Translations under genes and position numbers: made by a program
Notes under the pieces: generated by a model
The model's database searches: none
What the model was told of the DNA's origin: nothing
Seen by the model: only the letters and a program-made list of their open reading frames with translations
Shown here: piece by piece, positions 12,836-25,130 of the stretch
Layout of the letters: every line of letters starts with the position of its first letter
How positions within the stretch are numbered: the stretch's first letter is position 1
Assembly: GCF_018350175.1 (NCBI RefSeq)
Contig: NC_058375.1
Span: 3,224,001 to 3,288,000, forward strand
Direction: 5' to 3'
DNA from: Felis catus
Lineage: Eukaryota
Length of the DNA stretch: 64,000 bases

Positions 12836-13079
12836 TACTAATTATTAACAAATGATTGCCAACAAGTGAATAGATTCGCTGCATTGTGAAGTGGGTACGA
12901 GATGATCTCACAGCACAGAGAAAATTTACAGGACAGAAAAAGGGGGTTTCCAAGCCACCTCTAGGTGTCAAAACCAACACATGACTCAGTCAGAGGTGAA
13001 AGTCGCTGCTCGCTGGCACGTCCTCCCCCACCGCCTTGGCAATCCCGTCTTCCCGCTGGATCCCACACAGGCTTCTAGA

Positions 13080-13250
13080 ACCTTGCCACTCAAAGTGTGG
13101 CCCACAGACACACGCAGCACGGCCACCCCATAGGAGCTCACCGGAAACACAGAATCTCAACTCCACCCAGACCTACTGAGTCAGAGTCTGCGTTTCGGCA
13201 AGACCCTCCAGTCATTCGTTTGTGGGTGACATTTGACAAGCATCCACTGG
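13080..13250. mobile_element. MER5A-like hAT-Charlie DNA transposon
   Basis: ACTCAAAGTGTGGCCC...CAGAATCTC..CCCAGACCTACTGAGTCAGAGTCTGC. Confidence 0.75.
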
Positions 13251-13944
13251 TGTGCCCAGACGTGCAAATCCACCACCGCTGGCTCACAAGCCCAGACTTA
13301 CTACTGGCCATCCCTGAGCTGAGTGCTGAAACTGCCCTCCTGACCCGAATGGCATCCATCCCAGGGCCCACATCCTTCCGTGTGTTGGTGATGCCACCGT
13401 GCCGGGAAGAGAAGGGAGCTGACAGCCACCTCCGTCCCTCTCTCCAGGGCCTTAGCCCTCATCAGGTCTGCTGTTGGCATGCCACCCATATCCCCACTGG
13501 AGGCCTCTGTGCTGTGCCCCTGATATTTGCTTACGGGGCCCTTATCACTCCAGCTGTCTGTGAGATGGGCAAGGCTGGAGCCCAGCTGGGAGGGGTACCT
13601 GCAGCCCGCTGGGCAGCTTCCCAGGCCTTCCTCTTCCTCCTCACTCTCTTTCCAATCTCTTAGCTGGGCAGGTGCAAATCTGGGAGCCACTCCCCAGTGA
13701 AACAGTGTGTGGGAAGAGGGACTGAGACACTTGCAGACCAGCCATATGGAGCAATGCAGCAGGGAGGGAGTGGGTGAGCCCAGACTGCAACCCTACAGGA
13801 CCTCTGCTCCGAATCACCTCTACCACCCCTGGAAAGAGGCACAGCCCTCCCCGGATGAGCCCAAGCTGAGGCCGAGGATCGTACCCCATCTGGCAGGTGC
13901 ACCTATCAGCCCAAGCAGCTGAGCGTTCTGAAGGAAGGGAAGGG

Positions 13945-14760
13945 AGATATACAAGGTACACACATGCCATTTCATTAAGAAACAGCCTGCACCAGACAAA
14001 ATAGAATTAATGAATCGGACAGAGCAAGAATATAAAGTAAAAATTTTTTTAAATGTCCTCAGAGTAGTAGTAGCCGAGGAGACTGCATACATGAAGCAGG
14101 TTCAAGCCCTTCTGAAAAAGAGGCAGAGGACGTGAGTCTGAAACGATAGTATTTTAAACGGTGAGCTCCCTACATGGTGGGGTGCCAGAGCTCCAGGGAC
14201 GGTAAGAAGCAGTGGGGGTCAGGTGAGCGGCTCACATACAAGGTGCGGGGAAGGGGATAGCGTGGGGAGACCGTGGATGCTGGGGAACAAGGTCTCGACA
14301 TCCACATAATAGGAGCCCTGCCAGCAAAGAGAAAGGTGAAAAACTGAAAAGGGCATTTTTGTGAAAAACAAGAAAAGACCGAGAATTTCACGGGCTTACG
14401 AAAAGATGTTCTCGGCTGGAAAGGACTTCTAGGAGCCCCAGCTGGATGGATTAAAAATACAGAACGAAATAAAAAATAAACATCACCTGGACCCATTAGG
14501 GTAAAATCTAAGACCGTCAAAGGAGAGGGAAGATTTCTAAAACATTTTCAGAAGGATAAGGCAGATCACCTTCAACGACGAAAGAGTAAGATTAAAAACG
14601 TTGCTCACGTGCCTCCAATCTGCTGTTGAGACACAGGGTGTCCAAACGTGAAAGGAAGGATTACAAGCCGAGGGTTTTGCATGCAGACAAGCTATCGTTT
14701 AAATGCAGGCCGAATAAGAAACTTCAGAACCTTCGCCCCACAGAGACCACCAAGGGCTGG
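13945..14760 (+). mobile_element. HAL1/old L1 ORF1-region relic
   Basis: A-rich, with ORF1-like blocks (GAAGATTTCTAAAACATTTTCAGA..GCAGATCACCTTCAA..AGACAAGCTATCGTTTAAATG). Confidence 0.5.
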
Positions 14761-15159
14761 TAGTCACCGTTCAAAGCCAGAGGCCCTTGGACTCTAATCT
14801 AGGAATAAGACATTAAAAAGTAAGGAAAAACAAAAAGTTCTGGTTTGGGTAACCAAGCAGTTTAGAAATCTTTGAAAAGCTCTGTCACTAAAAGTCACCT
14901 GGAAATGTTGGATAAATTACAACCAACCTAACTTTAACTGGAAAGCTGAACTCACAGGAAAGTAAAGGAAATTGCCAAGGGTTAGAGGCCGCAGAGAAAA
15001 GGGAGTAAAAGCCAGAGCAGTAGGTGGGGTGAAGTAGGACAATCACCAGCGTCAAGGGCATATGGTGTTTATGGGTTTTAACAACTGCACGGGGGCATAA
15101 GGGAAGACCCTGGTCCCTTGGAGATGAGACCCTACACAAAGCCAGGCCCTCCAAGGGCA

Positions 15160-15487
15160 ACACCTCCAAATTCCTAGGTTGAATCCTAACCCCCAGTGTG
15201 ATGGCATTAGGAGGTGAGACTTTGGGAGATGATTCGGTCATGACGGTGGAGCCCTCATGAGAGGGGTTAATGCCCTTTAAAAGGGCTCCCAAATAACCCC
15301 CTTGCCCTTGCCTCCATGTGAGGACACAGTGAGAAGATGCTGTCTATGAACCAGCAAGAGCCGCCCCCGCCCCCAGACCCTGAATCTGCCGGCACCTTGA
15401 CCTGCACTTCCAGCCTCCAGAACTGTGAGAAACACATGTCTGCTAATACCACTCTGGCATTCTCGAAGCCCGAGTGGACTCAGGCAA
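15160..15487 (+). mobile_element. MaLR LTR (MLT1A-like)
   Basis: GTTGAATCCTAACCCCCAGTGTGATGGCATTAGGAGGTG..GGAGCCCTCATGA..CTTCCAGCCTCCAGAACTGTGAGAAA. Confidence 0.85.
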
Positions 15488-16080
15488 GAAACAAGAAGGA
15501 AATCCAGCTGAGAACGCACGGCCACAGGCCGGCCCCTACGTGGGTTTGTGGTTCGGATGCATACCTGCTATGGAGGAAGATGGATCATAGCAGGGGCGAT
15601 CAGAGCAGTGGCATGGACATTGGCCTCAAGGCTGCCTGGGTGCGAATCCTCATTCCGCCATAAATGATGTGTGTGATTTTGCTCAGATTAACTAATCTCC
15701 TTTTATCTCCGTGTCCCCGTCTCTAAAAGGAGGATATACATAGTGCAGTGTCTGCCATGTTGGAAGTACTAATACATTTTTTTGTTGCAGGAACACTGAA
15801 CGAGGTCCTGGGCTTTAACGACTCCAGCTGTAAGGCAGAATTGAATACAAATCCTCTCCAGAGGATTACATCTCCCTCCAGGCCCGTAAGGATTCCCACA
15901 GCTTAAGATCAACTAAACATGAGCTCACAATAGGAAGCTATAAAATGCATAGAGGAGCAAGGCACCATCCCTTAGAGTCAGAAGAAACAACACTCAGCAT
16001 AATTAGACCAACAAACACTTCACATGTTAGATTTACTCCACATAGAATAGGAAGGGTATGTGTTTAAAATGAAACAAAGC

Positions 16081-16306
16081 GGGGCGCCTGGGTGGCTCAG
16101 TCGGTTGAGCATCTGACTTCGGCTTAGGTCATGATCTCCCGGTCTGTGAGTTCGAGCCCCGCGTCAGGCTCTGGGCTGACGGCTCGGAGCCTGGAGCCTG
16201 CTTCCGATTCTGTGTCTCCCTCTCTCTCTGTCCCTCCCCTGTTCATGCTCTGTCTCTCCCTGTCTCAAAAATAAATAAACGTTAAAAAAAATTTTTTTAA
16301 ATAAAT
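16081..16306 (+). mobile_element. Can-SINE (felid type)
   Basis: Full head, body and tail; TSD AAAATGAAACAAAGC. Confidence 0.95.
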
Positions 16307-16426
16307 AAAATGAAACAAAGCATTTAAGTCATGAACAAATAGAAGGAATTATCAAAATGTTTATATTTGAAAAGGGACTAAATAAATGGAAATTAAAATT
16401 AAAACACCTGAAATTAAAAATATAAT

Positions 16427-16648
16427 GGGGGCAGCTGGGTGAATCAGTTAGTTGAGTGTCTGACTCTTGATTTCAGCTCAGGTCATGATTCCAGGGTCGT
16501 AAGATTGAGCCTCCAGTCAGACTCTGGACTGACAGCACAGAGCCTGCTTGGGGTTCTCTCTCTCTCTCTCTGCCCCTCCCTCCCTCACTCACATGTATGG
16601 TCACGTGCTTGTTCTCTCTCTCTCTCAAAATAAATAAATAAACTTCAA
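16427..16648 (+). mobile_element. Can-SINE, older subfamily
   Basis: CTGACTCTTGATTTCAGCTCAGGTCATGAT head; decayed TSD AAAAATA(T/C)A. Confidence 0.9.
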
Positions 16649-16937
16649 AAAATACAGTGGATTGATTTATAAAAAAACCCAGAAACATTACTCATAGCTA
16701 AAGAGAGTTAGTGAACTGGAAAATACACCTGAAGAATTATCCAAAATGCAATATAGAGAGAAACAGAAAGAATGAATGAGATTCAAAGATCAAAACACAG
16801 GGGATAGAATGAAAAGGTCTGACAAACATTTAAGAGGAGATCCAGAAGGAAAAAAAAATGTTTAAGTGAAGAAAAAGATATTCAAAGTTTGGATAGCTGA
16901 ACACTGTACATAATAAATTTAAAAAAATTAATACTCT

Positions 16938-17120
16938 GGGTGCCTGGGTGGCTCAGTCAGTTGAGCATCCAACTTCGGCTCAGGTCCGTGGGTTCGAGTC
17001 CCGTGTCGGACTCTGTGCTGACAGCTCAGAGCCTGGAGCCTGCTTTGGATTCTGTGTCTCTGTCTCTCCGCCCCTCCCCTGCTTGCACTCCCTCTCTCTC
17101 AAAAATAAATAAAAGTTAAA
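16938..17120 (+). mobile_element. Can-SINE with a small internal deletion
   Basis: Head joins CAGGT directly to CCGTGGGTTCGAG; TSD AAAAAAATTAAT(A/T)CTC. Confidence 0.9.
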
Positions 17121-20100
17121 AAAAATTAATTCTCAGGCTCAGAAGTCACAGTGAGTCGCAAGCAGTACTAAGTGAAATCCACACGTAAAGACAGTGTGTT
17201 GAAACCAAAGAACATGAAAACCTTAAAATCAACCAGTGAGATGATTACAAAATAATTAATAATAATAATAATAATATCACATCAATTGTCAGTTTTATTA
17301 CAGAAAAAAAAGAGACAACAGTGGGATAATACCTTCAGTTAGCTATCACCCCGATATTGTCATTCAAAGCTTCTGGGTGCTTGTATGTGTCTGCAGAATG
17401 AAGACATTTCCTGACAAATGGTGGGAGATGTTACTGAATGTTTTCACAGCCATGTACGTGACCCAGGAGAGAGGGGAATGTGGCCATCGTTGGGTGATAT
17501 CCTGGAGCAGGTGAGAGGCCGGAGCTGGCACAAAACGAAGGAGGTAGGCTCATTGGACACATGCAGGTCATGTGGGGGTGAGATTGGTTCCCCGTGTCTC
17601 TGGTCTACCCACAAAGTAGGAAGGAGGTCATCGCCAGTGAGGGGGAGTTTCAGAGGAGGGCTTGGAGGTTTTAGGACGGAGGAGAAAGTGTGAGACAGTC
17701 CTTCTGGATGGTGGGAGGGGAAATGGACGAGGGATTTATCCTGGGGCGTCCCAGCCCCACCAAGGACGCTGGCTGTCCGCATGAAGCAAGACCAGGAACT
17801 CAGTGTGTGCTATTGTCTCCGTTTCCCAGGTGCAGGTGTGCTGGGGGGCGGGGGGCTAGCCGGGCAACCCCTCTGCAGGGTGAGTGCACACAAAAAAAAT
17901 GCCACATGCTCTCAGACAGACGTGGATCTGAGGACAGATGCAAAACCCATTCGAGTCTGTGCCTGCAGAGGTGGACGTGGGGATCAGGGGGAAAGGGAAG
18001 AGACGATGCTAAAATAAAATAACAGAGAAAAACCAGGAGAGGTGGTTTGCAAGGGACAATAATGACCACGCACTGTGAACTGAAGCATATAATTGCCCAA
18101 CTGTGTGCACCTGAGGTCCAAAACCAGGAAGAAGGAACAGCGTAATGCCCATTTGTTCGTCTGTTGAATAAATTGGAAAAGAGGAAGCCTTGGCCGTTTT
18201 TATTCACCAGTGTTTCTCTGTTCTTAGAAATGTCACCAAGAAAAGCCAGGTCACCGGCATGGGGGGCTGAGGAGAAAGTTCCCAACCTGAGCACCCGAGA
18301 CCCCACCTCTGGCCTCGCTGGGCGTGGCAGTCACGGGGGGCACGCTTGGGGCTCGGCCCGGCTGCATCTATTTGCAGCCACTGATCCGATGCACAGCCTT
18401 GATTGTATTTTATTTTTTCCTTGCCTGTTAGCAGCTGATTGAGGAATAATCATCTGGGTTGACTGCAGAGCTATGCAAACTCGCTGTTAAAATGCCATAA
18501 ATAACCCAATTGGCCACTTGGCATGAGGGTTATTTCTGTTCCATACAAAAGGGCTTATGTAACTGCCATGCGAGTTGCTGCTGGGAGTTGTTAGCAGTTG
18601 AGAAAAGAAGGGAAACTCAGAGTCCTTCTCTGGCAGGAGCCCTTCTGGGCAGTCAGCTCCCTGCCGTCTGGACGTGGCTCAGAGATCACACCTCCCCCAC
18701 CTTCAACGTCTTCGCTCCCTTCTTCGGGCCACAGCCTCTCCGCTCAGCTGCTTGTCATCGACCGCTGGGTCGCAAACCAGCCCCAAACAGAGAGACTGAA
18801 GACGGTGACGCTGACTGTTGCCTGCAGTGCTGTGGGATTGGGCACGGCCCGCTGTCCTTCTGTCCCCCGTGGCGCCACCGGGGAGGCCCACGCGTCAGAC
18901 TTCAGGAGGAACTCGGGCGCAGAGGCCTCACGCCCGCGCCTCCGTTTCGTGTGCACCTAAGCCGTCGCGGCTCAGAGTACAGCCAGCAGGTGTCAAGGTA
19001 AGCCTGTCGGGAAAGACCAGAGAACCCGCGGCAGATCCGGTCAGATTCTCCCCACGGTGGTTCCTCCTGGGGCTCCCTCTCTGCTCCGTGCTGTTCCCTC
19101 CACGCTGGAAGGACGTTTCCTTCTTTCCGCTGCTGGGTCACACATCAGTGGCCAGTGGCACCCTCACCTAGGATTCCTCAGCTGGGGAGCCCCTCCCACC
19201 TCCACTGTACTTACTGACCTGTGGCCTGGTTCCTGGTCCCGTTCTGAGCTTTGCTGATCTACCTGTAAGCAGCACTTGGGGATTAGCCCTAGAATGTTCT
19301 GCCAGGAGCTTTGGGCGTGCAGGACTCAGCAGCTGACATGTAGGCAAGCTGACCGACTTCCCTGAGTGGTACCATTCCACCGACGCCACCCCGGGGTCCC
19401 TGGAGCACAGAGCAGGAGACCTGTGCAAGCCAGAGGGCGAGCATGGTCAGGAGTCAGGCAGCCAGGCCACGGAGGGACGTCCGGAGCCCCTGGCTTCCGG
19501 CTCTGTAGAAACAGTGACCATTCTTACCACCTTCAGCTCGTCGCTTTTGTTTAGTTGGGACAACCTGGCCCAGAGTAAGTGCTAGCTGAGGAGGGGCTGC
19601 CTCTGGTCCGTCCTCTGGTCTGGGGTTGAGGGGCACTGAAGCATGGGCTCCCCGGAGGAGGGGCGCACAGGGACCCCGTCAGGCCACGGCGCTCTGTCTG
19701 GCACAAGTCAGACCACCTGCTGGCTGCTGTGCTCGGTGCTGTCCGTGCATGGAGCTTTCACTCTTTCTCGGACACCCCAGGCCCGTGCGGGACAGCTCTG
19801 TCCCCAGCTCCCGTCGTGTGTGACAATGACCGACTTTCCTTCTCTCCTGCTCTTGTCTTCTCTCTCCCTGCCACCTCACCCAGCTGCTCCGGCTCCCTGC
19901 GCCCAGGGCAGGGTCCTCTCTCAGCCCTCCCCAGACGTTTGTATCCCCCGGCCCTGAGGCTTCTGGCCTCTCCCCGTCTGGCTGGACGCATATATTTACG
20001 TCTCTACCAAGGATGTCATTTTCTGGATTCTGCTTGTATATGCTGCTTCATCTTTCCAGTGTTAAGCGCTATTTATTTAAAGATTGCCTTTGTCACTCAT

Positions 20101-22079
20101 TCTGCCTTATTTGACTTTCGGCCTGAAGTTATCCCCCAGGATTCAAAGGCCTGCCACATCCCTTCCTTTCGAAGTCAAGCTCATGGGGTCCGCACTGCAT
20201 TTTTCATCGGTTTTACAAGGCTCGCGGAACATCTTAATTGAGAGGAGCTCTGAGCCACCTGTCACCTCACACTGGCCCAAATGCTTGCAGACCCCAGGAC
20301 GCCCCCTCCTCCCGGTCACACTCCCAGGATCCAGGAGCCTGAAGGGCAGTCCAGCCGAGGGCAGGTGTTTCCAGAAGAGGCACCCTCCCTGGCCCCTGCC
20401 AAGACGCCCCCAGGCTGCATCCCTGTTCCCTAGGGCTCCGCCCCAGGTGAGGCCGTGTCCGAGCTGGGAGCAGGGAGCACTCAGGGTTCCCAGGAATGGC
20501 AGCCAGGCTCAGACGCTGGAGACTTTTCAGAGCTGGATGTGGATGTACTAATACGTTCCCGCCGACGACCGCCTCACTGCCGACTGCACATCTCACTCCT
20601 CCTCCACCTATAAATAACTCCATGCCATGCTTATCCGCACTCTGCAAACCCCCGCCCCTTCGTGGACATATTCCCGCACGCAGTGAAGTCCAGCTGGGGA
20701 ACCTAGAGCAAACTACCGTCACCTTTCTTTGCCAACCACTTGGTTTTTTCCTGACTCAAACACTTGCCGAGCGCCGGCTCTGTGCGGGGCTCTGTGGCAA
20801 AGCCCACCTTCCGGAGCCTCTAGGTCAGAGTCCACTCATCCACCCACTGCATGGGGCTTCTGCCTGGGACCTGCCCCTGGGCTCGCCTCGCCCCCACAGG
20901 AGGCTAGTGCTTGGGACGTCCTTGCGGACTTGCTCACAGGCCCGGGGGGCCAGAGGCTCTGTGCTCCTGCCCAGCTACCAGGACACGCGACCCTCCCGTC
21001 TGAGGACCCCTCTGGGAGCCGCGGTCCGGAAGACCGTCCCCTCCATGGAGGATGCTTCTGTGCGCACGCCCTTGGCCAGCTCTGGTCCCCAAGCCTCCCC
21101 TGCTCCATCAACCCGGCTTCCGTCTCTGGCCGTGACAAGTTGTTCCGGATGCCTGACCCTGCGTCCGGGAGTCCTTCCTTTCCACCACCCCACCAACGGC
21201 ACTTCCCAGTCACCCCCCCAAATCCCCCTCAAAGGGCTCCACCTGCAGGAAGACCTCAGTGATTAGCCCTCCCCTTCTTTGCAAACCTTTATGCAGCAGG
21301 AGAACCTTCAGAGTAAATGATAGGAAGATCATCACGCTCCAAGGTTAACTGTGGCCATTTCTGCCTGCGAACACATCACAAAAAGAAGCTGCTTCCTTGT
21401 CAGGAGACAGCGGGCCTTGGGGGTGATAGCCCAGGAACTGCCCCCAGGGAGGGTCTGGATGCCCTTGTTCTGGGAAGTATCGAGGTCTAGAGCTGAATTG
21501 TTCGACAGCACAGGAAGGTGTGTGCGGTGGGGTGGGGTGGGGCTCCCCGAGCTGGAAGGACAAGATTGCACCTGAGTCCCCAGAGGCTTAGCACGGACCA
21601 CCCCAGGGCCTTGGGCTCTTGAGTGGGGGCAGTGCCCTGGCCGTCTTGGGCACCACGGCCAAGGTAGGAGGTGGGACAGTGGGGCTGAGTGTCCTTGTCT
21701 GTTCTGCTCTTGAATGGGGCCTAAGGCGTGACATGATTCCATTTCCTCCCGGATCTAAGGCGAGGGGCTGAATCACATTTTATTTGGTGTAGACTAAACT
21801 GTGCCATTTCATACTCCTCGAGTGCCCTGGAGCAAATTCTTGCGGGTGAATCACTCTGCAGGGACGACCTGTTGACGCGTTCTCCTAAGCTGGCTGTGGG
21901 TGGGGCTCCTCCTCAGAGCAGGAGCCGGGGACACACCCCCTGGGGAACACGGGCTTGTGTGGGATCAGTCGGGGCGCAGGCCTCTCTCCCATCTGGGCCC
22001 TGCCCTTTCATGCCCCCCATCATAAGGATTCCTCATCAGACACTCGTGGCACAAACTTAGGGTCCTCTCTCCCCCCAAA

Positions 22080-22970
22080 CATTTTTATCAACCCAGATGG
22101 CAACACCTATGTCTATTCCGCTCTCCCTCATTACCTCTCCCAGCCCCTGGCAACCACCAATCTGCTTTCTGTCTCCATGAGGTGAGGAAGCATAAGGCCA
22201 ACTGAGACCCCCTCAAGCCCCCTCTTGCTTTGGGTGGGATATGTGTGACATTCCTCAGGCTCTCCCGGCCACCCGAGGACAAAGGAGAGGACAGAAATCC
22301 GATGGTAGCTGAGAGAGATCACAGGCCTGCAGGACATGAGTCTCCATCAGTTTACAAATATCTCAGCAAATTCGAAGAAAAAGGCAATCTTGCCAATAGC
22401 CTGATCTCCAGAAACCTGTAGGCTCAGTTCCCTGGAGCCCCAACATCACCCTCCCCTCCATGGTGACGTGGGAACAGAGGCGAGAAGGAAGTGGCAGGTG
22501 ACATTAAATTTCCTTATGACCCGCAGCCCATTGGCAGATACTTGAGGCAAATGCAGAGCAGAACGTTTCTCCAGGACCCCCCACCGTCCTAATGTCAGTG
22601 TCTCACCAGAGGGAAAACAGCCTCAGCCTGAGGACAGCAAGGCCTCGGGTATCTTAGGAGTCCTGGTTAGCACATCACAGTCCCTCTGGAGGCCTCCTTG
22701 TGGTCTTTACCTCCCCCAACTCCTTAGTATATAACCAGTCAGTGTTCAGAACCCCAGGGTCCCTCTTCCTGCCCACGGGTCCTGTCCCCGTGCTCTAATA
22801 ACATCACCTTCTTCGCACCAAAGCCAGAATTCTTTCTGGCCCTCAGCTCTAAACCCCCATCACCCCAAAACCCCGTCACGTGCATTTACCTGCTCTGGAC
22901 ATTTCATAGAAATGGAGTAGCTGGTTTCTTTCACCTGTTGTGACGTTCAGGATATGCATGTTGTAACATC
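22080..22970 (-). mobile_element. L1MB-type 3' UTR fragment split by an LTR
   Basis: CCCAGCCCCTGGCAACCACCAATCTGCTTTCTGTCTC resumes after the LTR as GCATTTACCTGCTCTGGACATTTCATAGAAATGGAGT. Confidence 0.75.
22178..22878 (+). mobile_element. Carnivore solo LTR (CarLTR-like, ERV1 class)
   Basis: TG...CA termini, TATATAA box near 22729, AATAAC polyA-like signal; homologous to the copy at 34418-35245. Confidence 0.8.
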
Positions 22971-22999
22971 CGCGCTGGAACATGAGTCAGCGTGGGCTT

Positions 23000-23420
23000 T
23001 TGCACCAGTCAGGGCTTCATCAACAAACAGAAGCCACGCAGGGATCTGAGCTGGAGAGATGTAACATGGGGAGCTGATTATCCAGAAAGGAAAAGCCCAG
23101 AAGCCCTTCTTGTGTCAGAGGCTCCCCGGGAAAAGGCTATGCCGTGGAGTGCACGGGTCATGGGACGGAAGCCAGAACCGCACGGGGCCTGTCCCGAGGA
23201 TGCTGGGCACAGAGGTGGCTGGGCCGCTGCCAGAGATTCTGTGCGTGAGGCAGGGCGATTGGGGAGGAATATCCAGCTTCCCTCCTCACCCCTGCAGGCA
23301 TCACCTCCATAGCCTTGAGGACTCACACCCAGCTAGAAGCCAGAGACTGGGAGCCTGGCTAACACAGCCTGCAGAGGCCACATCCCTGGGCAGACAGGCC
23401 CCGGACATCACATGAGTCCG
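23000..23420 (-). mobile_element. Old MaLR/ERVL-type LTR relic
   Basis: TGCACCAGTCAGGG..AACAGAAGCCAC opening resembles antisense old MLT LTRs. Confidence 0.4.
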
Positions 23421-23771
23421 AGTAAAATATCACCTGAGTGATTCAGTAAAGCGATACTGTCCCCACAGACATATCCCTCAGGGCACAACGGGAAAGTGGT
23501 CCACAGAAAGTAGCAAGTAGCTGAGAAGGGGCAGAGCCCGGGCGCTGCCCTAAGTGTCCTCACATCTGAATGCACGTTCCCTACTTCCGTAGCCCGACCA
23601 GTCCCGGGACAACCAAACCTCTGTTATACGCGAGTGGGTTGCGGGGAAGGTCGGCCGGGGGTGCAAGGCTGGGGCTCCAACCTCTGCAGCCAGAAGGCTC
23701 CCGTCCTGTCGCAGGTGAGACCCCTCCCAGGAGCTCACCCTGTATCATCTTGTTAAAAGACAAAAATGGTT

Positions 23772-23990
23772 GGGGCGCCTGGGTGGCGCAGTCGGTTAAG
23801 CGTCCGACTTCAGCCAGGTCACGATCTCGCGGTCCGTGAGTTCGAGCCCCGCGTCGGGCTCTGGGCTGATGGCTCGGAGCCTGGAGCCTGTTTCCGATTC
23901 TGTGTCTCCCTCTCTCTCTGCCCTTCCCCGTCCATGCTCTGTCTCTCTCTGTCCCAAAGATAGATAGACGTTGAAAAAAAAAAAAAAAAA
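23772..23990 (+). mobile_element. Young felid SINEC_Fc
   Basis: CpG-intact head, pure A tail, perfect TSD AAAAGACAAAAATGGTT. Confidence 0.97.
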
Positions 23991-24912
23991 AAGACAAAAA
24001 TGGTTGACGCAAAGCCTCAAAGGATGCTTCTGGTCTGTCCCCTCCTGAACCCACTCCCCCTGGAATCTACGTCCGGCCATTACCATTTTGCACACAATAG
24101 CAAAAACACAAGCCCTCTTGAATTTATAGACGGCCGCAATTTTAATCATCTTTTATAGTCTGCCTTAATTGTATATCATTTTTAATGACAGTTTGAAAAA
24201 TAAGTTATTCTTGCTGACATTTTTATGACCTATGTAATATCACAGATCAGGAGTTTTATTGTACTGCTTTCTGGGTGCTACACCCAAAGTGGGAAGCCAG
24301 GAGGGGAGAAAAAGGCGCTGGTTGAAGCCACGGATTGCAGGGAAGGAAAAAGTGCTGATAACAGTCTTACAGTAGAATTGTTCCAGATTACATGGCTTAC
24401 CCTGGGCTTTTATTCCTGTGTCTGTGTAATAATTGTAATTTTACTGCAAATACTGAGTGTTGGATAAAGACTTCCCTTAAGGGGTAATTTAATTTAATAA
24501 AAAAGCTCTGCCCAGGCTCTGTGTTGCAGAAAAGCCGAAGAAGTTTCAGGAGCCCGCCTCCCGTCTCTGATGACGGCTACCTTCCCCCAGGCCTGTTCTG
24601 CCGGCTTCAGCTCTGTGAGAGAATTTGATTTCTTAATACAGTTCTGCAATGCAAAGGAGGAAAAAAAAATAATAATAAGCCTCACTAATTATTAAACCAA
24701 CAATGTCCTGACCTCTTTTCGGAGTTTTAGGGGGAAAAACAATCCTAGATAAACACAAGAAAAAAAGCTCCATTTTGGGTCCCTGCCCAAGGCCTGCTCA
24801 GAATCTTAGCACTTTGGGGCCTGGGAGCCCCCGGTCGTGCACCATCATTGGGAATCTCTCTCTCTCACGCGGCAGAATCCCAGCTAGAGTCCCACCCCAG
24901 CTCAGGCAGTGC

Positions 24913-25130
24913 TTTTTTTTTTTGTTTTAAGTTTATTCATTTATTTTGAGAGAGAGAGAGAGAGCACAAGCAGGGGAGGGGCAGAGAGAAAGAGAGGCAG
25001 AATCCCGAGCAGGCTCTGTACCATCAGCACAGAGCCTGACGTGGGACTTGAAGTCAGAAACTGTGAGATCATGACCCAAGCCGAGATCAAGGGTCAGATG
25101 CTTCACCAACTGAGCCCCCCAGGTGCCCCC
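24913..25130 (-). mobile_element. Can-SINE, older subfamily
   Basis: CAGAATCCCGAGCAGGCTC..GAGATCATGACCCAAGCCGAGATCAAG. Confidence 0.9.

Larger units (their letters stand above)
15800..17445 (+). mobile_element. Old L1/HAL1 ORF1-region relic carrying three SINE insertions
   Basis: GAGTTAGTGAACTGGAAAATAC..GAAGAATTATCCAAAATGCAA..GGATAGAATGAAAAGGTCT ORF1-like sequence. Confidence 0.6.

Noticed and set aside
610-18382. 12-mer TTTGCAGCCACT occurring three times (610, 3652, 18371)
   Set aside because: Noticed after the fact; a triple 12-mer in 64 kb of compositionally biased DNA is not clearly beyond chance, and the flanks share nothing.
20496-21266. 256-aa ORF, and similar ones at 5936-6667, 25547-26269 and 42283-43011
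   Set aside because: No recognisable protein features; explained by low stop frequency in GC-rich DNA; one runs into an LTR.
23772-23860. tRNA-like A and B boxes in SINE heads
   Set aside because: These are the tRNA-derived heads of Can-SINEs, not tRNA genes.
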